Below are positions 27,249 to 35,586 of a DNA stretch of 64,000 nucleotides, piece by piece. How positions within the stretch are numbered: the stretch's first letter is position 1; every line of letters begins with the position of its first letter. Both the position numbers and the translations under genes were made by a program. Source of the stretch: a virus (taxonomy: Duplodnaviria; Heunggongvirae; Uroviricota; Caudoviricetes); the IMG/VR virus record IMGVR_UViG_3300028601_000028, positions 17,878-81,877 of that record; one strand, given 5' to 3'. Under the pieces are notes generated by a model. That model did not search any database, was not told where the DNA came from, and saw only the letters and a program-made list of their open reading frames with translations.

Positions 27249-29048
27249 ACGATAAGTGCTGCCATTTTAATTCTCCATTTTTGTCTATTTAATAAAGATA
27301 AAGGGGTTATGATTGTTGCTAATAAAGGAGCAACAGTTGTTGAAATCATAGAAAAAATCAAGAGTATATACAAATTATTACCTTTCTTTTTAAAGGTTGG
27401 AATTGTTAACTGGAACCAATCTAGTATAACATTTGATAATGGGTGTAGAATAAAAACAGATAAAAGAACAAAAGAACCAGCAATCGGTTTTACGATTGAT
27501 CTACTTTATTTAGATGAATTTGCACATATACCTAATAATATTGTAGAACCATATTATACATCAGTTGTTCCAGTAGTATCATCTGTAAATAATTCAAAAA
27601 TAATAATAACATCAACCCCAAAAGGTTTAAACTTGTTTCATAAATTATTAACAGAATCAGAATTACCAGAAGATGATCCAAACTGGAATGGATATAGATC
27701 ATTAAGAATATATTGGTGGCAAATGAAATCTAGAAGAAATACAAAAATATTTTTTAATGATAAAAAATTAAGAAAATTTAAAATTAGAAAAGATGATATT
27801 AAAAAATTTTTAATAAATAAAGGTTATGATATATATTCAGAAAAAGAAAATGGTATGGATGGGATATTTATTGAACATGATAAAAAGAATGAAGAAACAA
27901 ATATAGAATTTATAAGAATGTTGAGAATGAATGATTTACCATTAGCTGAATTAGGAATCATTACCAACTGGCAAGAACAACAAACAAAATTAATTGGTGG
28001 TGAAGATGCATTTAAACAAGAATTTGATCTACACTTTATTACAGGTAATAAGATGTTATTTGATAATATTACAATTGAAAAAATAATAGAAGATAGATTA
28101 AAATTTGAATATGTTGATATAGATAAGTTTAACAAAAGATTAAAAATACCATATAATGGATTACAATTTGTAAAGGATAAAAATTTATTTAATTTAGATG
28201 AATGTAAAAATTATCATATTGGTATATCCATAGATTTAGGAGAAGGCTTAGGAAATGATTATAGTATAATAAATATATTTAGATTATTGCCAAAAACTAA
28301 AGAAGAAATAGATATACATAAGAAAAAATTTACAGATAAATATGACTATTTTAAATTAGAACAAATTGGAATATTTAAATCTAATATTTATTCAGTAAAA
28401 GAAATATCTGATATCTTATATATGATAGTATTTGAATTATTTGATGAAAACAAAGTTAAAATTGCATTAGAAAGAAATACATATGGTGATGAACTTTTAG
28501 CACACATACCACACGTGTTTAATGATAATAATAATTATTCAAATCATGTTTTCTTAAGATATAAACATAGAATTGAAGATAAAAATACTAAATTAGGTAT
28601 CAAAATAACACAAAATAAAAAAATATTAATAAAAGATTATCAGATAAATACCAAAAAAGGAAATATTATCATACATGATCAATATACAATAAATGAAATA
28701 AGTACATTTACTAGACATGATTTAGCATCAGGTGATATAACATTCAGAAGTGAATCTGGTCATGATGATGCTATTATGTCAACAATAGTTATGTCAACAA
28801 TATTTTCAATGATTAGTTATAGGGATATGATAGATGAGTATATGGAAAATAATTCATTGAATATTACAGAAGATATAAACACATTTATAGACGAATATGC
28901 AGACGATTCTCCTGATCTCATAACAATAGTAGGTGGGTATAAAAAAGTCTATAATAACCCACATAAAACACCAAATAATGGAAATTTTAATAAAAGATTC
29001 ACTCCGGTTAATCCATTATCTAAATTTCCTAGTAAAAATAGATTTTAA
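26799..29048 (+). CDS. terL: split-intein C-fragment (150 aa) fused to the remainder of the large terminase (ATPase core + nuclease domain)
   Basis: Intein block B WLECADYHIVF and terminal ILSHN. This is followed by TISAAILILHFCLFNKDKGVMIVANKGATVVEIIEKIKSIYKLLPFF, which aligns with T4 gp17 [48 protein letters not shown]. Downstream LYLDEFAHIP corresponds to gp17 IYIEDCAFIP, and IIITSTPKG to IIITTTPNG. Confidence 0.85.
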   Translation: MFKLILRFIIYKIIEFIEKIEYRNYKFDNDNPFNKIINIINNNDLLIKTDYGFVPFSEINLTSPLPLYRLELENGDWLECADYHIVFIKGHHQKFVKDLTIDDYVLCKGDYINGVKVKRITNLKSKVSMVDITVDTNERSYYSNNILSHNTISAAILILHFCLFNKDKGVMIVANKGATVVEIIEKIKSIYKLLPFFLKVGIVNWNQSSITFDNGCRIKTDKRTKEPAIGFTIDLLYLDEFAHIPNNIVEPYYTSVVPVVSSVNNSKIIITSTPKGLNLFHKLLTESELPEDDPNWNGYRSLRIYWWQMKSRRNTKIFFNDKKLRKFKIRKDDIKKFLINKGYDIYSEKENGMDGIFIEHDKKNEETNIEFIRMLRMNDLPLAELGIITNWQEQQTKLIGGEDAFKQEFDLHFITGNKMLFDNITIEKIIEDRLKFEYVDIDKFNKRLKIPYNGLQFVKDKNLFNLDECKNYHIGISIDLGEGLGNDYSIINIFRLLPKTKEEIDIHKKKFTDKYDYFKLEQIGIFKSNIYSVKEISDILYMIVFELFDENKVKIALERNTYGDELLAHIPHVFNDNNNYSNHVFLRYKHRIEDKNTKLGIKITQNKKILIKDYQINTKKGNIIIHDQYTINEISTFTRHDLASGDITFRSESGHDDAIMSTIVMSTIFSMISYRDMIDEYMENNSLNITEDINTFIDEYADDSPDLITIVGGYKKVYNNPHKTPNNGNFNKRFTPVNPLSKFPSKNRF

Positions 29049-29049
29049 T

Positions 29050-29766
29050 ATGAAATATAGTAATAAAAAATCAAATACATTAGAATTTATAAAGAGGTCT
29101 AATAATGTACATAATGATAAATATGATTATTCAATTGTGGATTATAAAAACAATTCAACTAAAGTTAAAATTATATGCAAACAACATGGTGTTTTTGAAC
29201 AATTACCTGTTGCACATATTAATTTTAAACAAGGATGTCCTAAATGTAAAGGTGGTGTATCTATAACAAAAGAAGATTTTATTAAAAATTCAACAAAAAT
29301 ACATTATGACAATTATGATTATACTCTAGTAGAATATAAAAATATGAAAACTAAGGTTAAAATTATATGTAAAAAACATGGTGTTTTCGAACAGATACCA
29401 GATAATCATATTCGTAAAAAATATGGTTGTCCAAAATGTAAAAAATCTAAAAATGAAATATTAATCGAAAAAATATTTATTGATAATAATATTAAATTTG
29501 AAACACAAAAAACATTTGATGGGTGTAAATATAAACAAAAACTAAAATTTGATTTTTATTTAACAGATTTTAATACTTGTATTGAGTATGATGGGGAACA
29601 ACATTTTAAAAAATATAGATTCGAAAAGGATGATAGTAATTTAAATATTAGAAAATTAAGAGATCAAATAAAAACAGATTATTGTAAAAATAATAATATT
29701 CAGTTAATTAGAATAAAATACAATGAAAATATTGAAAAAAAATTAAACTTTTTAATTAATATATAA
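29050..29766 (+). CDS. homing-endonuclease-like protein with duplicated Zn-finger module and DUF559/Vsr-like C-domain
   Basis: Two copies of YDYSIVDYKNNSTKVKIICKQHGVFEQLPVAHI..GCPKCK. C-terminal FDFYLTDFNTCIEYDGEQHF...NNIQLIRIKY (restriction-endonuclease-like D..EvDG..H). The six-frame ORF starts at 28933 inside terL; the ATG at 29050, just after the terL stop, is the likely start. Confidence 0.6.
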   Translation: MKYSNKKSNTLEFIKRSNNVHNDKYDYSIVDYKNNSTKVKIICKQHGVFEQLPVAHINFKQGCPKCKGGVSITKEDFIKNSTKIHYDNYDYTLVEYKNMKTKVKIICKKHGVFEQIPDNHIRKKYGCPKCKKSKNEILIEKIFIDNNIKFETQKTFDGCKYKQKLKFDFYLTDFNTCIEYDGEQHFKKYRFEKDDSNLNIRKLRDQIKTDYCKNNNIQLIRIKYNENIEKKLNFLINI

Positions 29767-29783
29767 TAAATATTTGTACAAAT

Positions 29784-29855
29784 GCAAGAATAGTGTAGTG
29801 GTAGCATGATTTACTTCCAGTAAATAGGGTTCGGTTCGATTCCGGTGTCTTTGCT
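29784..29855 (+). tRNA. tRNA, probably tRNA-Gly (anticodon UCC)
   Basis: Cloverleaf read by hand: acceptor GCAAGAA/TCTTTGC (one mismatch, one G-U), D-arm GTGT-AGTGGTA-GCAT, anticodon stem ATTTA/TAAAT with loop CTTCCAG (U33, anticodon TCC, A37), and T-arm with GGTTCGATTCC. No encoded CCA. Followed by a terminator. Confidence 0.6.
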
Positions 29856-29860
29856 CAAAA

Positions 29861-29891
29861 AGGAATAAATTATTTAATTTATTCCTTTTTA
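29861..29891 (+). terminator. rho-independent terminator after the tRNA
   Basis: aggaataaatta-ttt-aatttattcct perfect hairpin followed by ttttat. Confidence 0.65.
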
Positions 29892-29944
29892 TATTTAAAA
29901 CAAAAATATTTTTTTAATATAAAATATAAAAACATAAAAATAAT

Positions 29945-30736
29945 ATGGCAAAAACATTAGAAATCCCATTTAAAATAACCAGCGAAAATCTATTAAAAAT
30001 TATAAACATACTTAAAGATTTAAGTGTTATACATGATAAATCATTATTTAAATTTGATAAGAATAATCTTTTAATATATTCTATGGTTGGTGAAGGTAAT
30101 GGTATAAATGCTTTTAAAAGTTATACATTTAGTATAAAAGATATAATTGATATTAATGTTGATGAATTGGATGTAAGTGTAGATTTTATAGCAAAAGATA
30201 TTAAAAGTATTTATAGAAATCTACAAATAATGGTTGATATGAATAAAGATATAACTGGTAAATTATACTATGATCAAATTGGTGATAAATATTTTTCAGA
30301 TAGACTATTTTTTAAAGTTGATAGTAAATTAAAATTAAATTTTTATGGCAGTGATCCAATGTCATTTAATACAAATATCACTATTAATCATATTAATAAA
30401 CTAACAAATATAGATAATTCAGAATTTAGTTTTGAACTAAAAATAGATGACTTTAATAATATTAAAAAATTATCACTTACAAATAAGGAATCTGATGTTT
30501 TTTATTTGAATACATTTGAAAAGGATGGTAAGTATTTAATATCAATAGGAGAAAGCAGTTGGGATTTAATATTGGGTGATATAGATAAGGATATTATAAA
30601 AACTTTATCATTTCCAAAGAAATATTTAAAAATAATAAATGTGGATGATATATCTAAAATATATGTATTTGATAGGTTTTTAATGATTAAATCAGATAAT
30701 TCTAATTTATTAATTAGTACAGAAATAACAGTATAA
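29945..30736 (+). CDS. possible sliding clamp (gp45-like) or other beta-rich protein, 263 aa
   Basis: Size and alternating beta pattern only. No direct motif match could be confirmed by eye. Confidence 0.25.
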   Translation: MAKTLEIPFKITSENLLKIINILKDLSVIHDKSLFKFDKNNLLIYSMVGEGNGINAFKSYTFSIKDIIDINVDELDVSVDFIAKDIKSIYRNLQIMVDMNKDITGKLYYDQIGDKYFSDRLFFKVDSKLKLNFYGSDPMSFNTNITINHINKLTNIDNSEFSFELKIDDFNNIKKLSLTNKESDVFYLNTFEKDGKYLISIGESSWDLILGDIDKDIIKTLSFPKKYLKIINVDDISKIYVFDRFLMIKSDNSNLLISTEITV

Positions 30737-30966
30737 TGGAAATAACGAGAATAATTAAAGAAGCAATAAACTTCTATAAAAATGATCCAGTAAAAAATTG
30801 CACATTATATAAATCGGTTGGTTGTTCTCATATAGATTCATTTTTATGTGATTTTCCAGAATGTATTATGTATAAAGAACATTGGAGTAGTATAGAAAGA
30901 TATTTTAAAATTAAGAATATAATTAAAAAGGGGTTAAAAAATAATTCCCCTTTTAATATTATTTAA
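30736..30966 (+). CDS. small Cys/His-containing protein (76 aa)
   Basis: ORF coupled (ATGG overlap) to the upstream gene. Contains C..C...H..C residues and a GC hairpin near its 3' end. Confidence 0.3.
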   Translation: MEITRIIKEAINFYKNDPVKNCTLYKSVGCSHIDSFLCDFPECIMYKEHWSSIERYFKIKNIIKKGLKNNSPFNII

Positions 30967-30975
30967 CTTTTAATA

Positions 30976-31599
30976 TTATTTAACGAATTTTACTTCATTT
31001 CCGAATTCCCATGTTTTTATATAAACATATCTATTTTTTTCATCAATTTGATCAGATAAGTCATTTTTTTCAAATTCTTCACCCCAATCATCAGAACATT
31101 CATTATCTATAAATTTTCTAACATGTTCAATTTCATCATCTGTTAATTCTTCATCAGATATAACATCAATAATAAATAGACTTTCATCGATATTAAAATC
31201 AGTCATTTTAATTTTAATATCCTTATTAATATTTAATTTTTTAGATTCATTATAGTTATTAAAATCAGATGATACAATTTCAAATATTTTGGTTATTAAT
31301 TTTTCATCAATATCATTAAGTGTGTATTCATTATTTAATTCATTTATAATATCATTCCAAAACTCATCTACAATATCATTAAATATTTCACTTTTCGACA
31401 TAGATATATAATCATCATACTCTTCTTCATTATCGCTATTAACATCTAATCTATATTCATATTCATCAATAATAAAATTTAAATCTATATCATATTCTTT
31501 TTCTAATTTTTTAATATCTTTTATTGATTCTATGTCAAATTTTGTATCATCTACCTGATATAATACTTTGACTGGTGATGTAAATTTGTAATTATACAT
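30976..31599 (-). CDS. acidic hypothetical protein (207 aa)
   Basis: ORF rich in D and E. Confidence 0.4.
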   Translation of the reverse strand: MYNYKFTSPVKVLYQVDDTKFDIESIKDIKKLEKEYDIDLNFIIDEYEYRLDVNSDNEEEYDDYISMSKSEIFNDIVDEFWNDIINELNNEYTLNDIDEKLITKIFEIVSSDFNNYNESKKLNINKDIKIKMTDFNIDESLFIIDVISDEELTDDEIEHVRKFIDNECSDDWGEEFEKNDLSDQIDEKNRYVYIKTWEFGNEVKFVK

Positions 31600-31620
31600 A
31601 ATACATTATTATTTTTCTGT

Positions 31621-32007
31621 TTATATATGTAGTTTCTTTAAAAGTTTAGAAATTATATTATTTAATTTATAATTTCTTTTAATATCAATTGGTGTTAAAC
31701 AATCAATTATCCAATTTTTTAAATTATGATAATCATCATTGTCTAATACTATTTCATATCTTAAAGATTCATGATTAAATATTATTGTACTATTTTCTAT
31801 TAATATATTAGAAACATTATTTAAATCATCCCCATAATTATAATATTCAGATTTAAATATTTGTAGTACTCTATCTCTTCCTTGATAACTCACAAATACA
31901 ATTAATCCATTTATTGTTATTGCTATATAATTTGTAATATATAAATTATAAATATTATTTAATGAATCTTTATATGTATATATTTCATTATTCATAATTA
32001 TATTCAA
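31621..32007 (-). CDS. hypothetical protein (128 aa)
   Basis: ORF overlapping the upstream gene start by 20 nt. Confidence 0.35.
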   Translation of the reverse strand: MNIIMNNEIYTYKDSLNNIYNLYITNYIAITINGLIVFVSYQGRDRVLQIFKSEYYNYGDDLNNVSNILIENSTIIFNHESLRYEIVLDNDDYHNLKNWIIDCLTPIDIKRNYKLNNIISKLLKKLHI

Positions 32008-33871
32008 ATTTTAAGTTTCCTGAATTATATATTCTATATATTTTTCTTTCTAACATTATATCATGTTCTGATTTGGTTGGATCAAATCCTTCTTTAATTA
32101 AAATGTCTTTTCTAAATCCAAATCTATATTTTTTAATACCATTAACTACATAATAGTAGTTAGGTTTTGTTATATGTCGTAATTTAAATTTAAGTTTTTT
32201 ATATAAATCACCATTACTATAATTTCTATCTGCATATGATATAATTTTCTTAGGATTATAATTTTTAATAAAATAATTAAATAGTTTAGATCCACCTCCA
32301 ATGACAATGGTGTTGAGTTTATTACAAAATCTTAACATCTCATATTCATCATTTTTAGATATATTATTCATAGATTTCCTCAATTTACCAAATGTCATTA
32401 AACTAACTAGTTCATCATTATAAAATAAACCTATTTTATGTTTTGAACCAACAAAACCTTGAATATGGTTTTCATCTAAAAACTTTTTAATCAATTCGTT
32501 ATTATTTACTTCTTTAATTTTACATTTTCTTGCAAATATTTTATTAGATATTCTATTTAATTTATTCAATATCATTGATTTGATTATTTCTTGTTTATAA
32601 ACCCAATCGTCTTCATAAATATGTATTAACTGAATTCCATTTCTTGTACATAAATCGGTTTTCATTTTATGATAATTATTATCACAATATAACTCGTTAT
32701 GCCAATATACACCATTAAATTCAAATGCTAATTTTAAGTCAGGTAAATAAATATCTAATTCATACGGGTTTATTATTTTTCTATCATTTTCTATAATATC
32801 ACCATTATAATTTTCTTTAATAAAATTTAACAATTTAATTTCTAATCCTGATGTATGTAACCCAATAGGGTTACAAATTATACACGGTATGGTATTTGAA
32901 TGTAATCTTTGGTTAAGAAGAACGTAATTAATTATATATTCATTGTTACACAATGGACATTTAACTAAATATTTTTTATCATAATAATTTAATAAATCTA
33001 TATTATATTTTTCTTTATATAATTTTTTATTTTTAATAAATAAAGTTGATAATATATTATTTTTAATTTTATTAGATATATGTAAATTACATGATGGTAC
33101 ATGTGATCCATATTTTTCTAAATTTGTATTAATTGTATTATTTCTAATAATATTGTTTTGTTGTGGATGTTTAAATCCATATTTTTTTAAATTAGTTTTT
33201 ATTATTTTTTCTTTTATAAATTCATTCTGAAAAACATTTTCAACTCCATATTTTTCTAAATTTGTATTAATTAATTTTTGTTTTATTTCTTCCGAATACA
33301 TAGGATGTTCAACACCATACTTATCAGTTAATGTTTTCTTAATTTTATCTTTAATATTGTCATTTAAAAGAGGTGTTATATTTCCATATTTTTGTAAATT
33401 AGTATTATCTTTCTTTTTTTTAATATCAGGTGATGACAATCCATAATCATATCCATATTTTTCTAAATTAGTACTAATTAACTTTTGTTTTATTTCTTCC
33501 GAATGCATTGGATGATCAACACCATACTTATCAATTAATGTTTTTTTAGATTTTTCTTTTATTTCTTCTAATTGAAAAACATTATCAACACCATATTTAT
33601 TTTGTAATCTCTTTTTACATTTATTGTTTGCGCATTTCTTACTACAACAATAATCTTCTTTTAAACCATTAGTATTCTTGTAATAATTATGATATTGGGT
33701 TTTTTTGGTTTTTCCACATATATCACATTTAACATCTATTTTATAATGACTACTATGTGGTAAATCTGTTATTTTAACAATAGAATTATCAGTTGAAACA
33801 TCATATCCAATTGATTTATAATAATTCTTTAATTTTCTATTGTTTACAGTTATATATTCATCTATTATCAT
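31988..33871 (-). CDS. large free-standing homing-endonuclease-like protein: Zn-finger, six tandem KYG(V/Y)-helix repeats, Vsr-like nuclease motif and an extra C-terminal domain
   Basis: KCDICGKTKKTQYHNYYKN...CCSKKCANNKC. Repeats such as KYGVDNVFQLEEIKEKSKKTLIDKYGVDHPMHSEEIKQKLISTNLEKYG. Nuclease motif DIYLPDLKLAFEFNGVYWHNE...GIQLIHIYEDDW. Confidence 0.55.
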   Translation of the reverse strand: MIIDEYITVNNRKLKNYYKSIGYDVSTDNSIVKITDLPHSSHYKIDVKCDICGKTKKTQYHNYYKNTNGLKEDYCCSKKCANNKCKKRLQNKYGVDNVFQLEEIKEKSKKTLIDKYGVDHPMHSEEIKQKLISTNLEKYGYDYGLSSPDIKKKKDNTNLQKYGNITPLLNDNIKDKIKKTLTDKYGVEHPMYSEEIKQKLINTNLEKYGVENVFQNEFIKEKIIKTNLKKYGFKHPQQNNIIRNNTINTNLEKYGSHVPSCNLHISNKIKNNILSTLFIKNKKLYKEKYNIDLLNYYDKKYLVKCPLCNNEYIINYVLLNQRLHSNTIPCIICNPIGLHTSGLEIKLLNFIKENYNGDIIENDRKIINPYELDIYLPDLKLAFEFNGVYWHNELYCDNNYHKMKTDLCTRNGIQLIHIYEDDWVYKQEIIKSMILNKLNRISNKIFARKCKIKEVNNNELIKKFLDENHIQGFVGSKHKIGLFYNDELVSLMTFGKLRKSMNNISKNDEYEMLRFCNKLNTIVIGGGSKLFNYFIKNYNPKKIISYADRNYSNGDLYKKLKFKLRHITKPNYYYVVNGIKKYRFGFRKDILIKEGFDPTKSEHDIMLERKIYRIYNSGNLKFEYNYE

Positions 33872-35436
33872 AATTTAACTTTCATCTCGTTAACAGGAAA
33901 TCCTTGTTTTTGATAGATTTTATCTCTTCTACTTATATATTGATTATATAATATGTTATTATACTTTTTTGATAATTTATCTGTAATATCAAATACTACT
34001 AATTTACTCTTTTCTTTATGCAACCTTAATCCCCTACCAATGGACTGTCTAATTAATTTATCAGATTTAAAACTATCCGCAAAAACAATATTAAATATCG
34101 ATTTTATGTTTATTCCTGTTGAAAAAGTACCAAAAGATGCAACCAATATTTTTGGTTTATCTTCTGTTATTTCCATTAATTTTTTAATAGTTTCTCTTTT
34201 TTCTTTTATTGTTGTACCGTCAACATAATATAAATGTTTATTTATACAATTATCTCTTAAATATTCATATAACATTTTACCATACTCTATATTATGGAAT
34301 AATATTAATGAGTTATTATTAAATCTGTCACATAATTTTTTAAAAAATAATTTTCTTCTTAGTGATTTCTGAACAAATTCTTTTTCAAGTAAATAGGCTC
34401 TTTTCCCATCCCCTCTTTTTTTAATCATAAAAACATTTTCAGCAAACTCATTTTCATTGTGATCTAATATTATTGAATTAATTTTTACTTTTGATACTAA
34501 ACCTTTGTCCATTAATTCTTTTGCTTTAACAGTAATTAATTTTGGACCCATTAAGGATTGTATGGTAAGATATTCAGCAGAATCATTATTGGGATATGTA
34601 CCAGATAAACCAATACGATATTTGGCAAATCCAAAAGTTTTTGATAGTATGGTATCTAAACTCTTACTTTTTGCAGTATGTGATTCATCACATACTACAA
34701 CATCAAATTGTTCAAAAAATTCTTTTGGATAATTAATTAAACTTTGATATGTTCCGATAAAAACATTTGGTTTAATTCCATCTCTTACTTTTCTTGGTTT
34801 ATCAGAAAATATCTCTTCTACTCTTAAATCAAATGGTTCTTTTTGTTCCTTATTATAACCTAAATTATAATCAATAATATCGTCATAAAACTGAGTTACC
34901 AAACTCATTTGAGGAACTATAAGTAAGAATTTATAATCAGGATTAATATATTTAAGAATATAGAACATAAATACTGCAAAAATTAGAGATTTACCACCTG
35001 CGGTTGCCACTTCAACTATACCAAACTTATATTTTAACATATTAAAAACTGCATCAGTTTGGTGTTCATATGGTATAAAATATCCTTCTGGATTATTTTC
35101 AGTTGGTTTTACTCTATAATCTTTAAAATATTCTGTGCAAAAATTTACAATATCTTCTTTTTTTATATCTAAATCAAATGGAAATTGTGATTTATCTATT
35201 TCAAATTTATAACCATGATCTTTACAACATTTATATATCTCCTTCCAAAGACCATATCTCATTATACCGTTTTTAAAATGATCTATACTACCATCCCATA
35301 ATCCCATCTTATGTCTTTTTTTAAAAAAATAGTTATCTACTTTTCTGGTAAGATGTAATTTAAGTTGATGATATTCTTCTCGTGTTGATTCTTTTAAAAC
35401 GATTTTACTTTTATCTTCTGTTATATTTAATTTCAT
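33868..35436 (-). CDS. uvsW: UvsW-type SF2 DNA helicase
   Basis: YEHQTDAVFNML, ATAGGKSLIFAVF, LLIVPQMSLVTQFYDDIIDYN, VVVCDESHTAKSKSL, IGLSGTYPN, KVKINSIIL, ILVASFGTFSTGINIK, QSIGRGLRLHKEK. Each aligns with the corresponding T4 UvsW block (HWYQKDAVFEGL, PTSAGRSLIQAL, ILIIVPTTALTTQMADDFVDY, MMMNDECHLATGKSI, FGLSGSL, ELKINSIFL, IIVASYGVFSTGISVK, QTIGRVLRKHGSK). Confidence 0.85.
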   Translation of the reverse strand: MKLNITEDKSKIVLKESTREEYHQLKLHLTRKVDNYFFKKRHKMGLWDGSIDHFKNGIMRYGLWKEIYKCCKDHGYKFEIDKSQFPFDLDIKKEDIVNFCTEYFKDYRVKPTENNPEGYFIPYEHQTDAVFNMLKYKFGIVEVATAGGKSLIFAVFMFYILKYINPDYKFLLIVPQMSLVTQFYDDIIDYNLGYNKEQKEPFDLRVEEIFSDKPRKVRDGIKPNVFIGTYQSLINYPKEFFEQFDVVVCDESHTAKSKSLDTILSKTFGFAKYRIGLSGTYPNNDSAEYLTIQSLMGPKLITVKAKELMDKGLVSKVKINSIILDHNENEFAENVFMIKKRGDGKRAYLLEKEFVQKSLRRKLFFKKLCDRFNNNSLILFHNIEYGKMLYEYLRDNCINKHLYYVDGTTIKEKRETIKKLMEITEDKPKILVASFGTFSTGINIKSIFNIVFADSFKSDKLIRQSIGRGLRLHKEKSKLVVFDITDKLSKKYNNILYNQYISRRDKIYQKQGFPVNEMKVKL

Positions 35437-35585
35437 TTTCTTAATTTTCTTATAAATTTATTATTAAACAAATAACAATAAATTATCCATTTTTGTAATT
35501 TATACCATCTATATATTTTTATATAAAATGGTTCATTATCCATTTCTTTTAATAAATCATCTATTATTTCGATATTATAACTCAT
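35433..35585 (-). CDS. small ORF (50 aa) between uvsY-like and uvsW genes, ATGA-coupled to uvsW (uvsY.-1/.-2-like position)
   Basis: Hand-translated: MSYNIEIIDDLLKEMDNEPFYIKIYRWYKLQKWIIYCYLFNNKFIRKLRK. Its stop overlaps the uvsW ATG. It is absent from the supplied ORF track, presumably because of a length cutoff. Confidence 0.3.
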   Translation of the reverse strand: MSYNIEIIDDLLKEMDNEPFYIKIYRWYKLQKWIIYCYLFNNKFIRKLRK

Positions 35586-35586
35586 A

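Noticed and set aside
29945-30736. Confident call of the 263-aa ORF as the gp45 sliding clamp
   Set aside because: Only size, position after a tRNA and general beta-rich character support it. I could not align any block to T4 gp45 by eye, so it is kept as a low-confidence possibility.
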